Source of the DNA: Trypanosoma brucei
Taxonomy: Eukaryota
Length of the DNA: 64,000 nucleotides
Reading direction: 5' to 3'
NCBI GenBank assembly: GCA_000002445.1
Contig: CM000207.1
Coordinates: forward strand, 736,001 to 800,000
Shown in pieces: positions 52,840 to 62,660 of the stretch. The notes below the pieces were generated by a model. It was given only the letters and a program-made list of their open reading frames with translations. It was not told the origin of the DNA and did not search any database. Position numbers and translations under genes: made by a program. How positions within the stretch are numbered: position 1 is the stretch's first letter; each line of letters opens with the position of its first letter.

Positions 52840-55800
52840 ATGAAGCGGGATGAACTGTTTGCTGCTTTGCAGGAAATACCGTGGGTTCCATGCCCGGAAA
52901 GTGAGGGTCGTCCATGCTACCGAGCAGCAGAAGCATTTCACTGCACATTTTGTGCATACACTGTTTGCGCTCGGTGTTATGACGCCATTCCGTCGTCCCT
53001 TCTCTCATTGGCAACCACAACAACTAGTGGCGGCACCGGCGGTGAAGGTGGCGCTGCGACAAACTCAGAAAAGAGTCTTGCCGACAGGACACCCACCCAA
53101 GCGTTTACTCCAAACTCACGCGGGAGTGACACACCTAACAGTGCCGACGACTTCATGAAACCCCGCTGTTTTTTGTGTCGCTCGGGGGTTCTCGAGAAGG
53201 AATCTGTGCCCGTGTTCGAATGGACATGTGAGGGTCCACGTCCTCCACGTCGACTCACTCGAGGTCAAGGGGCATCGTATGATGTGGATGTGGTTCAGCG
53301 TTACTACACCATGAAGGAGCAACGTGAGAAGAGAGCCCAATCGCAAGCACCGCTAACGGCTCAGTTTCTCGGCACAGAACCGTCGCCCACCGAGTTTGGT
53401 GGCAACATCGGTGTGCCTCCGGAGGCATCTCGCACTGGAGTGTTGGGTCGGCGGCCGTTCTGTGAGGAGGGTTGTAGTTTTTCGTGTGTTGTGCAGAACC
53501 CAAGGTTGGAGCAATCGCTAGTATGGTGTGGCGTGAATCGGCAGCTGCGGGAGTCCCACCCCTCCATCACAGGGGAAGAGACCATTACACCGTTGCACAC
53601 GATTCGCTGTCCACCTACTCTCCCAGGGTTACCTCCGCATAGGCTCCGGGTGCACATTCCATATGGCTCGTATGGCATTCATAAGATCCATGCAGTGGCG
53701 CTGTACGTCACCGAGGACATCTACCGGAGAGCTACGGCGAGGTCGGGGTCGCCTCGACCTGTTGTCAAATCACCAGGAGGTCGACGGATGGAACAGGGAC
53801 ACCCACAGCGAGATGGGCAGTTGATGGCGGTTAAGGAGCTGCCACGCAACACCGTACGCCCGTTGCTCGTTGTCGACGTACTGCATCGTACCGCCACCAG
53901 CGATCCGGTGAGGAATCTTTTGCCAACGCAATGGCTTCCGGAGCATATGCGACGTCCACCTAGCAGAATCTGCTCGCCTAGAAGAGAAAATAGTATCACG
54001 GAGACGGCGGGGTGTGTTGGCTCAGGTGTGACAAAGGGGAACGAAGGTGAGGGTCAGAATAATGGAACTGAAACTAAAGGCAACGCAGAGCCTCCTGTTA
54101 TGGGGGAAGGTGAACCCCACTTGACGTGGCCAGAGGGGATCCGATGCGAGGAACTGTTGCTAGCGGTTGACTATCTGCTACAGGGCCGTTCCGTAGCTGT
54201 GTACGGAATTGCATCAAAATACTTTTTTCTTCACCACGTTGCGCAATCCGCCGAGTTAAGAAATTTGGGAGTAGCCTTTGTGGATGGCTACCGCTCTTCT
54301 GCAAACCGTGTGACTCGGCAGCTGCGGGAAATTAGCAAGCAATTGCAGGAACAGCGTCATATCGTAGAAAAGGAGGTGCTGCGCAACCTCGTTTTTCGTG
54401 GAGGGGACTGTGATCCGTTTCTGCGTATCAGTCGTTCGCAAGCACCGTCGCGGGATGAATGCGGAAACCCGTCTGATCAATGTTATTTGGTGGTTTCCTC
54501 CTCAACATCCTCGGAGTCGTCGCGAAGTCGCTCTTACCGCTCCCCTGTGAGAGACGTTTCGGTCGCGATGATGGGCGGTTCCACCGAAAAAAGGCGAGAA
54601 AATATGGGACTAAAAGTGGGAGATCCTGGTTGTTGTGACTTAACTGCAGCCAAAACATTAAAGGCGACTACCCCACAGCGCAAGGAGAGCATGACTGTGT
54701 GTTCCCCCGCACCCATTACTATGAAGCGAGAACGGTCCGTGATGCTTGTGCAGGATGGTGGGCACTCTGATATTAAGAGAACTACTCAGCAAACTGCGCA
54801 GGGTTCGAAAAGACGGTGCGGAGAAAAAGTGTGTGACGCTGCCGGAACGGGTGGGTGGCGCCAAACTCATCCTGAGGCTATGGAAACCAGCAGAAAAGTG
54901 CGGTTGTGGCTGCGACGGTATTACCTGAGCGAGGTATCAGACTGGAATTACAGCGTACCTTTATATGAAACTCCTTGTGAGCGGCGATGCCGGGAAACGG
55001 AAACGGCCGTAACGTCGGTTCCGCTATCGGAGAGTGAAAACACTTGCCTGCAACCACGGTATACGGTTTCATCTCCAGACATCATGCGCCGGCTTCGTGT
55101 CGAATGCGGCGCTCCCCTCCGTTCGTGCGTGCAGTGGAAGTCGCTTCCATCCTACACAGCTCAGATGCTCACGGGGGGACTTGCTGCACAATCTGCCAAT
55201 CCTCCAGTTCATTATAGCGACTATGTTCCGAGGTTGATCCTAGTAGTGCATGGTATAGACGAACTCGACCCACCACTTCTGGTAGAGCTTCAGAACATTG
55301 CACGTGACCATCCCAATCGTGTAATGTTGCTATGCTCATTCGACGACCCAAACTGGGCCATGTCAAACAGTGCGGCGCAGTTGGAGCCGTTTCGATTGGC
55401 GTATGTACACCTCCGCTCGATGTTGCTCCCACGGGTGCATGAAATGGCATGTGTTAAAAGTCTCACGTTGCTCACAGACCTTGAGGCAGCAGCAGCAGGG
55501 GGGAAAAGGTTTGGTCATCACGGGTTAAGAGGAAGTCTTGGCCCTGGGACCTCTTTACCACTTCAAGACACCATTAGACGTATACTTTTTAGTCTTCCCG
55601 CCACGTTTACTGATGTCTTACGATGCATGATTGAGCGACAGGAAGCGTCGGGCGAAAATGTCTTCGTTCCCATGAGTCTCCACCAGCAACACTTCGACGA
55701 TCGAGGAATGATGATTTCAGTGGGCCGCCTCAGAGCGATTGAACGGGAACTAACATCCAATCGGCTGGCTGTGTTTGATGCAGCAGAAAATAAATTGATG

Positions 55801-55896
55801 ATTCCTCAACACAAAAAACTGCTGCGGGTGTTGGAGGAAGTCGCGGGACAGAGACAAAACACTCGGTCAAACGGTGGAGCTCCAGTGGAGGCATAG
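52840..55896 (+). CDS. Divergent ORC2-like protein (candidate origin recognition complex subunit 2), 1018 aa, with an N-terminal Cys-rich zinc-finger-like segment
   Basis: GRSVAVYGIASKYFFL resembles the ORC2-family block N-I-L-L-Y-G-L-G-S-K. LILVVHGIDELDPPLLVELQNIARDHPNRVMLLCSFDDPNW resembles the ORC2 block I-H-N-I-D-G...L-I-A-S-I-D-H-L-N-A-P-L-M-W-D. The N-terminus CPESEGRPCYRAAEAFHCTFCAYTVCARCYD is Cys/His-rich. Recognition is by eye only. Confidence 0.45.
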   Translation: MKRDELFAALQEIPWVPCPESEGRPCYRAAEAFHCTFCAYTVCARCYDAIPSSLLSLATTTTSGGTGGEGGAATNSEKSLADRTPTQAFTPNSRGSDTPNSADDFMKPRCFLCRSGVLEKESVPVFEWTCEGPRPPRRLTRGQGASYDVDVVQRYYTMKEQREKRAQSQAPLTAQFLGTEPSPTEFGGNIGVPPEASRTGVLGRRPFCEEGCSFSCVVQNPRLEQSLVWCGVNRQLRESHPSITGEETITPLHTIRCPPTLPGLPPHRLRVHIPYGSYGIHKIHAVALYVTEDIYRRATARSGSPRPVVKSPGGRRMEQGHPQRDGQLMAVKELPRNTVRPLLVVDVLHRTATSDPVRNLLPTQWLPEHMRRPPSRICSPRRENSITETAGCVGSGVTKGNEGEGQNNGTETKGNAEPPVMGEGEPHLTWPEGIRCEELLLAVDYLLQGRSVAVYGIASKYFFLHHVAQSAELRNLGVAFVDGYRSSANRVTRQLREISKQLQEQRHIVEKEVLRNLVFRGGDCDPFLRISRSQAPSRDECGNPSDQCYLVVSSSTSSESSRSRSYRSPVRDVSVAMMGGSTEKRRENMGLKVGDPGCCDLTAAKTLKATTPQRKESMTVCSPAPITMKRERSVMLVQDGGHSDIKRTTQQTAQGSKRRCGEKVCDAAGTGGWRQTHPEAMETSRKVRLWLRRYYLSEVSDWNYSVPLYETPCERRCRETETAVTSVPLSESENTCLQPRYTVSSPDIMRRLRVECGAPLRSCVQWKSLPSYTAQMLTGGLAAQSANPPVHYSDYVPRLILVVHGIDELDPPLLVELQNIARDHPNRVMLLCSFDDPNWAMSNSAAQLEPFRLAYVHLRSMLLPRVHEMACVKSLTLLTDLEAAAAGGKRFGHHGLRGSLGPGTSLPLQDTIRRILFSLPATFTDVLRCMIERQEASGENVFVPMSLHQQHFDDRGMMISVGRLRAIERELTSNRLAVFDAAENKLMIPQHKKLLRVLEEVAGQRQNTRSNGGAPVEA

Positions 55897-56384
55897 GTTG
55901 ATCATTTGTTGTACCGTCCCCAATGGTTCCCAACAGCTTTACCAACATACGTTTTCCATATGAATAACCAAAAGCACCCACAGATACATGTTCATCTATA
56001 TATCCATATATACACATATGTGCATATATAGGTGTTTGTATCCATCACGCCTATCACTGAGTCGTCACGTACCCCTCAGCGTATCGCAATTTATTTTTAT
56101 TTTTTTTGCTCCCTGGTGGGGCATTTGTTCGCAGCGAGCTGTTTTCCGTCACCATTTACTCCTCTTTTTGTTCTCGTCTTTTCTTTTTCCCCCTACACGA
56201 AACTTTGTCTTTCATGTGTAAACGTACAAACGTGAGGAGTTGATTAAATAAAAGGTTCACTACCCTGAACAAAGTGAGAAAGCACCCGTATAAGGAAGAC
56301 CGCAACGGGGGGAAACGGGGTACATTTCTGGTGAGAGGGATATTATATATATATATATTTTTTTTTTTTAATTTATTTTTTGAA

Positions 56385-56765
56385 ATGTTTGTAATGAAGT
56401 TACTGGATGCACTAGCAGACGCAGCCGTTCTGCTAATGTTCAACGTTAGCCCAACCAACTCAGGAAGTGATAACGACGAAGAAGAGGAAACCGTCGAACA
56501 CCACTTTGTTGAACCAAACAATATAAGTCATATGGAGCGTCACACGGCATATGCAACGGGACCATTGGATATCGACGGCGGCAGCAGCGATAGCAATTGC
56601 GTTTTAACAGCACCAAGTATGACAGTGACGACGTCAGCAGATGGCAGTAGCTTCGTCCAACTGACGGAAGAGGATATGCAACTTATGCCCGAGGAGCAGT
56701 CAATCAGTGGCGGGAGCTATGACGAGACACGCACCCCCGAATCGGTCAATGTGGTAAACTCTTGA
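56385..56765 (+). CDS. Small acidic hypothetical protein of about 126 aa; the ORF-track start at 56274 runs through a TA repeat, so I chose an internal Met
   Basis: Asp/Glu/Ser-rich, short, co-directional with the cluster. Weak. Confidence 0.25.
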   Translation: MFVMKLLDALADAAVLLMFNVSPTNSGSDNDEEEETVEHHFVEPNNISHMERHTAYATGPLDIDGGSSDSNCVLTAPSMTVTTSADGSSFVQLTEEDMQLMPEEQSISGGSYDETRTPESVNVVNS

Positions 56766-56888
56766 TTCTTGAAGCTCCGACGAGTCACGTTCCTCCTAAA
56801 ATTTACTGTTTCGTTTTTTAAATCTATTTTATTTATTTATTTTTGTAGGTGCCAATTTTTATTCAATTGCCTATCGTTGTGACGAATG

Positions 56889-56890
<2 letters not shown>

Positions 56891-56928
<38 letters not shown>
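56891..56928. repeat. (AT)19 microsatellite
   Basis: Direct read. Confidence 0.9.
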
Positions 56929-56930
<2 letters not shown>

Positions 56931-57741
56931 CTCTTTCTCCCCTGTAAAAGACCGGCATGACATGACCGCAAGTAACGAGATGACAGTTGTGGTGTCATCA
57001 TTTGTTACAACGAACGAGGGGAGCCACATATAAGTCTTTTTCCCATTGAACCTTCTCCGTGATGTAAAGTGTTGATGTGCAACACAGTAAAGGAGGACTG
57101 GTGTTGGGGTTGAGGGTACCGAGGCAGTTATTTTTTTCTTTTATATATATATTTTTTACTTTTCTTCCGTTGTTTACCTAATGCGTTTATGGGGTGTACA
57201 CTCTGTCTCCAACAACATTACTAATATTATCACCGTCATTATTATCTCGCTTTCAATATTTCCTCTGTATTTTATTTGCTTTCCAGTAACTTACCTCAGT
57301 TGCATGTGGGCTCCATCACGTAGCCGAGGATAGTCACAAGGAGGCGTGCCTTCCTTCCTTTTTCCTTTTTTCCTTTTTTTTTTCGTAATGTGCGCGTGTG
57401 TGTCTCTCTATGTTCCCTTTCCCTTTCGCCTTCAGGCTGTGAATATATGATAACGCGCTCCAAGCTGTCTTGGGATTGGAGAGGAGCAGTGGTGTCGTGT
57501 GTGACTGTATTGGCGGTAGAGAAGTGTTAAGAGCGGTATTCTCTGAACCTCTTCAGGCGCCATAGTGTAGACATGAAGACATCTAATTCCTTTCTTCTGG
57601 ACTACACCTGAGGTAGCCGCTTCCATTATAAGCGTATGCCTGCAACCATGTAGTACCACTTCGCCGTCTCCTTCGTTCTTACCTTTTTTTTCTCTCTCTA
57701 ATTTGCCACTATACATTTAACAGATAACCCCATTAAACAAT

Positions 57742-60700
57742 ATGTATTTCCCGCGTCACCAACATGAAAAAGAGCCCCGGGGTAGGTTCAATCCACAGGC
57801 ATTGGATTGGCTTCCGGGTATGGTACAAATGGCCACATTACCCCCTGCGCCCGTTGCCACGTACCCGCAACATTTCCCTTCCGTGCATTATAACAATATG
57901 ACTGACGGCCCTGCAACTCTTCCTTGTTTCCCAGACTTATTTCGAGATTGGTTGCATGGTGGTGTGATGTTCCCTCCATTTCCTTTCGCTGGTGGGCCTT
58001 CTGATGGAGCATATTACCCGACGGGACCCCAGCACCCTCAATTATGTCCACAGAGTGCAGAAGGCTGGATGGAAGCTGAACAACGTTACTACAAATACTT
58101 TCATCCGTTTTGGTGTGCATATCAACGGTTTTTGAGGGATTGTTATACACGACCTGTGACGAACGATTTATACTCTGCAGTTCCCACGAGTCACCAAACC
58201 CAACCACCAGCGGTGGCAACAGCAGATATCGCCACGTTTACCCGTGAAGGGACCCCATGGACGCAAAATTGGGGGTGTGACGCCCAGCACAAAGAGAATA
58301 CGGTTTCCAACAAGTGTGACAGCTGCGTGAAGTTAGCAGCCCCCACACATGCCGGAGGTGAGGTGTTACCTGGGGATTGCGAGACCACTGCAGGCGAGTG
58401 GAGGGAAATTTCGTCTCTTGCACTCTCCTCGTGCTTGTTGTGTGGCGACACGGGCCATCGTTACACCGCATGCCGCTTTTTTGACGGGAAGACATTATGC
58501 TTGGTACACATCGCCGACTCATACATCTACGCGATGCACCACAAGAACTGGGTTGAGAAGGCAACGTTGCTAGACGTGTGTTCCTTTGTCCACGTGGCCG
58601 TAGGCATCTTGCCAAAGAACTTGTTGTTGTACATTGGCGATCACGTACTTGACGTTACGTCTTACGAGACTGACGCTCGTTGCTGTGACTTGGATCTTCT
58701 TCCCGGTGCGGTGGTTGGTGTTGCCACTCGGCATGAGGCTGTCCCGGAGATGGAAAGCAAGGGACCTGCAGAACAATTCTCTGAGCCACGTGTTGAAGAT
58801 CAATGTTTGAAGGTCTCGCCTATATCAAAGGCCTCGGCATCGTCTACCTCACTCCACACATCGGAAACGCAGGAAGGGCTCCTTGGGCGCAACGAGAGCC
58901 GAGAGGGAGACAACAATGAGTCACCAGGTGTTGACGATATTGAAGCAGACAGAAGGAAGGCGGATGCAGTGAGGCAGCGGCAGAGTCCTGTTGCTGCGCC
59001 ATATTTAGGCACTACAGATGGTGATTTAAACTCCACTCAAACACGGGCACAACAGCAAACTGCGAGCATCCCCACTTGTGACCGGCCAGAACCGCAAGGA
59101 GGGTTGGAAGGAAAGGCATGTGACGAAATAGAGAGTCACAATGACATTGTAGACTCCGCGCAAGGAGAAGAGGTAAGTGACGCTCCCGTGGAGAGTAACG
59201 GCAAGACAGAGAGCGATGGACGCCGTCGCCGAACGGTTCACGTGAGGTTCATACCAGTGTCCATGGCATTTTCTGACATCCGGGCTCTTCTCTGGTCATG
59301 TGGAGAGGTCTACAAGGTCCGACTTGTGAAGCCAAAAACGACCCCGAACCCTGATAAGATGTTTTATGTTTGTTTCGTTGAGTACGCTGAGGAGCAGGCA
59401 GCCCTGAAAATGTTGGAGATGCATGGTCACCGTATCGCCGCATCTTTTCACCTCGCGGTAGAAATCAGCAAACACGCCATTCTTGGGGGCTATGTGACAG
59501 ACCGTGACGTGGGTACTGGTAAACCCTGCACATTTGGGCTAACTGACACTGAGCGCTGGGCTATAGAGCAGCGCCACAAACGTCCCGGAGCTGGTTCTGC
59601 TGGTAGCGGTAACGGTGAATGTGCTGAGGAAGGGGGCTATGAAGGCGAAGGAAAAGGAGGAAGGCGGTGTCGTCGCGGTGGCCGAAAACATCGAGGTAGA
59701 GCTCGCCAATCTACCCCTACTTCAGGGGAAACTCCCAATGGTTTGGGTGAGGCGGGGAAACAATGTACCGGCGGACCCTATTCACTGCAAATCGTTGCTG
59801 AAGACTCGAAACGGAAGAGCTGTCGCGGCAGCCACCGCATTACCGATGCGAAAAGTGGAAATGGAACTACCGGTGCGGTGGGTGAGTTACCACAAACCAC
59901 GCTGGCAAACTCTGATTTAAGCACTAAACCAATACAGTCTACGGTGTCAACGCCTCGTGAGGTGGTGGGGCATATCTCAGTGACTGCGGAGGAAAGTAAG
60001 CTTCTCGAGCATCTCCGCAACGCTACCATATCGTACCTCCGGTGCCCTTCCAAACGAAGCTTTTACGAGGTACTCACTGTGCTTGAAGACGTTAAGTTGT
60101 GTTCCCCTTCCCCTCTGTGCTGCCTCCACCTCACCAAAGCTGAGGTGGCGCTGCTTTTCCTTCACAGGTCTTCGGGGTTTGTGGAAGCGGCCGCAACGGC
60201 TGCCAATGGAGCGGTGCGCGCAGGGGAGGAACTGTCGCATCTGATGGCGAGAGATGCGAGCAGCCAAGACCACATCGGTGCTTCGTGGAGTTCCTTCTTC
60301 ACCGCATCTCATCCATCCCTCTGTGGCCACTGGAAAAATTGGCGAGACATGGTGTACGGTGATGAAGAGGAAAGTGGTGAGGGATCGCGAAATACCAAGT
60401 CAGATGGAGGCACAGCAACCGCATCATATCCGCGAGTCGGCAGAGTGTTGTGTTTCGTTGAGAGCCTCCTCCACATTGCGTTGTTGTGTGACAGCCTCTT
60501 AATGCATGAGCTGGAGAAGGACTGCGAAGGGAAATTTGTCATGCGAAACATTGATGCAGATTCACCAGGGGTCGGAAAAGTTATGTGGAAACTTGTTTGT
60601 TGTATCCGTCGCCTCCTCCAGAGGCTCCGAGCATTTGCTACAGAAAGTGATGGAAGCGGGCGGGAGGATCGGACAGTTTTGTCACCGCGGTGGCTCACCA

Positions 60701-60837
60701 CTGTTGCCCGCGTTTTGGTGCTTCTTCCTTCAGAAGCTGAGTGGCACGTGGGAAACCTACTTGACGCATTTGTTCCTTGCGCGTCGGACTTGCCGGTCGC
60801 AATTTTGGAAGATTTAGCGGGTATTCGGTTGTTCTAA
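57742..60837 (+). CDS. Putative RNA-binding protein with a CCHC zinc knuckle and an RRM-like domain, 1031 aa
   Basis: Zinc knuckle CLLCGDTGHRYTAC (C-x2-C-x4-H-x4-C). RRM-like segment TVHVRFIPVSMAFSDIRALLWSCGEVYKVRLVKPK...FYVCFVEYAEEQAALKMLEMHGHRIA. A Gly/Arg-rich stretch (GGRRCRRGGRKHRGRAR) is present, and the C-terminal third is Leu-rich. Confidence 0.55.
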   Translation: MYFPRHQHEKEPRGRFNPQALDWLPGMVQMATLPPAPVATYPQHFPSVHYNNMTDGPATLPCFPDLFRDWLHGGVMFPPFPFAGGPSDGAYYPTGPQHPQLCPQSAEGWMEAEQRYYKYFHPFWCAYQRFLRDCYTRPVTNDLYSAVPTSHQTQPPAVATADIATFTREGTPWTQNWGCDAQHKENTVSNKCDSCVKLAAPTHAGGEVLPGDCETTAGEWREISSLALSSCLLCGDTGHRYTACRFFDGKTLCLVHIADSYIYAMHHKNWVEKATLLDVCSFVHVAVGILPKNLLLYIGDHVLDVTSYETDARCCDLDLLPGAVVGVATRHEAVPEMESKGPAEQFSEPRVEDQCLKVSPISKASASSTSLHTSETQEGLLGRNESREGDNNESPGVDDIEADRRKADAVRQRQSPVAAPYLGTTDGDLNSTQTRAQQQTASIPTCDRPEPQGGLEGKACDEIESHNDIVDSAQGEEVSDAPVESNGKTESDGRRRRTVHVRFIPVSMAFSDIRALLWSCGEVYKVRLVKPKTTPNPDKMFYVCFVEYAEEQAALKMLEMHGHRIAASFHLAVEISKHAILGGYVTDRDVGTGKPCTFGLTDTERWAIEQRHKRPGAGSAGSGNGECAEEGGYEGEGKGGRRCRRGGRKHRGRARQSTPTSGETPNGLGEAGKQCTGGPYSLQIVAEDSKRKSCRGSHRITDAKSGNGTTGAVGELPQTTLANSDLSTKPIQSTVSTPREVVGHISVTAEESKLLEHLRNATISYLRCPSKRSFYEVLTVLEDVKLCSPSPLCCLHLTKAEVALLFLHRSSGFVEAAATAANGAVRAGEELSHLMARDASSQDHIGASWSSFFTASHPSLCGHWKNWRDMVYGDEEESGEGSRNTKSDGGTATASYPRVGRVLCFVESLLHIALLCDSLLMHELEKDCEGKFVMRNIDADSPGVGKVMWKLVCCIRRLLQRLRAFATESDGSGREDRTVLSPRWLTTVARVLVLLPSEAEWHVGNLLDAFVPCASDLPVAILEDLAGIRLF

Positions 60838-62000
60838 CCTGGCACGTCTCTTCTATGCTCCCCCCTCATCTGTTATTCATTCACGCGCTAATGATCAATT
60901 GCGCATCTCACCTTCTTATCACTTTATGACTACCAGTGACACACGACTTTTGACTTTTTTGCAGGAATCGGGTAAACGCTTTGGTCGGATTGCGTAGTCT
61001 CCGTTCCGCTTGGCAGAGCCTTAGATGAGGAGCGGGACAGAAAACAGAAATGGAAGATAAGACAGATAAAGCTTCTCAAGTTGAAGCACGGGATTATTTT
61101 ATTTTATTATTTTTTTTTTAATCCACTTATTATGATTGTTATTTATTTTTGTTTTTCGCTTTGACTTTCACCCTGCACCAATTTCCCCCTTCCGTTGTTT
61201 ATCCGAACGATGGGTTTCATGGGACTATTTTGCATCTATTTATTTTTTGATTCCCTCTCTCGTTTATGACACATTTTTTTCTTTATTTAGCCCCTACCCC
61301 GAGCATTCTCTCTATTTAATTTCTGCTTTTAAACTTTTGGTTTCAGTAAACGTAACACCATTATGGTGGACGCTATTTGATTTGTTTCAACTGCGTCCTA
61401 TCCTCTCCTCTCCCAATTTTTATTTTTTATATGTTTTAAAGATATTACGCCCTTACTTATTTTTGTTTCTTTTATTTGTTTCTTTGCTTTAACCCGAAGC
61501 ACAAACAGCTCTGCGTAAATGACGCTTTGACTGTTGTCACTTGCAGAAAGCAGTAACGACGTCAAACGTGCGGGTTGGCAAGCAGAAAAGGATTTTTCGA
61601 CCTCCAGAAGGCGAAGTGCCCGCAACAATACGAAGCTGTCTCATTCATTTTTTCTTTGGGTTTTATTAATTGGGTGCCTCACCTGGTATCCCCTTTCTGC
61701 AACATATACAGATGAATATAAAGATAAATAAATAAATATATATATTACATGTCCGATTATTACCTGTCACTAAACGCTATTTGGGGTTTCGTGTGCGCTT
61801 CGACACCCTTACCGTCGTCGTTCTCATCTTTGTTATCTTCCTATCCCCCTCTCTCTGGCGCTAACAAAGTTGTAGTGCGCAGGAATTGTTGGCGTTGCCT
61901 ATTTGCCTTTGTATATCCCTGTGGGAGCATCCGTCCCCCCAGGGTGCTTTAAAGGGACTTCCATAGGCCTCCTCCATTTCCCTCAGCAGCCCACAGACCG

Positions 62001-62660
62001 ATGACGGATTATGAGGAATTGCGGCAGAGGTTGTGGAGGGACATTGGGAAGAGTGCAAGAAGAAGGTCGAGGCGGAGGTCTCGGAGCTGTGGCCCCAGTT
62101 CCACAGTCACATCTCGTCAACCGCAGTCTACTGAAATGTCCCTCCGGTCTCTATGCAAAGGGGCCAGCCCTCGTCGATGTGCCTCCGGGAGAATTTCTTC
62201 AGCGTATGATCCACTCAGTGGGTCGCGAGGCAGAGAAGTGGAATATGACAGCTGCTTAGTGCATGCCTTACTGAGCTTGGTGGAGGAAATGGATGAAAAG
62301 AGTTCCTGTAGGTCGTCAAGTAGCCCCAAACGGAGGGCATCCCCTCTTCGGTCAGGAGCTAGAGACAGACAGGCTACGAGAACGGGAATATTGCCATCAG
62401 GCATCAACGCTCCCCCACGCACGAGGTTGGGAAGCACGTATGGTAGAGGCAGGAGATCACGTACTCGGGAAATGACATCACGTCACAGGACTCATGTTGA
62501 TTGTGAACACGGAATGGATCCAAGGAAGCTAGCGGAAGCCTTTTACGTCAACAACACCAGTTGGAAACTAGCAGAAGCAGTGTACTTGCACTTCGTGGCT
62601 GAAACAAACAAACAACAACTTCCAGGCATCTGTCATGAGCAACGCGGACGGCGGGGGTAG
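62001..62660 (+). CDS. Hypothetical Arg/Ser-rich protein, 219 aa
   Basis: ORF co-directional with the cluster, containing an RS-like stretch RRRSRRRSRS. Weak. Confidence 0.3.
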   Translation: MTDYEELRQRLWRDIGKSARRRSRRRSRSCGPSSTVTSRQPQSTEMSLRSLCKGASPRRCASGRISSAYDPLSGSRGREVEYDSCLVHALLSLVEEMDEKSSCRSSSSPKRRASPLRSGARDRQATRTGILPSGINAPPRTRLGSTYGRGRRSRTREMTSRHRTHVDCEHGMDPRKLAEAFYVNNTSWKLAEAVYLHFVAETNKQQLPGICHEQRGRRG

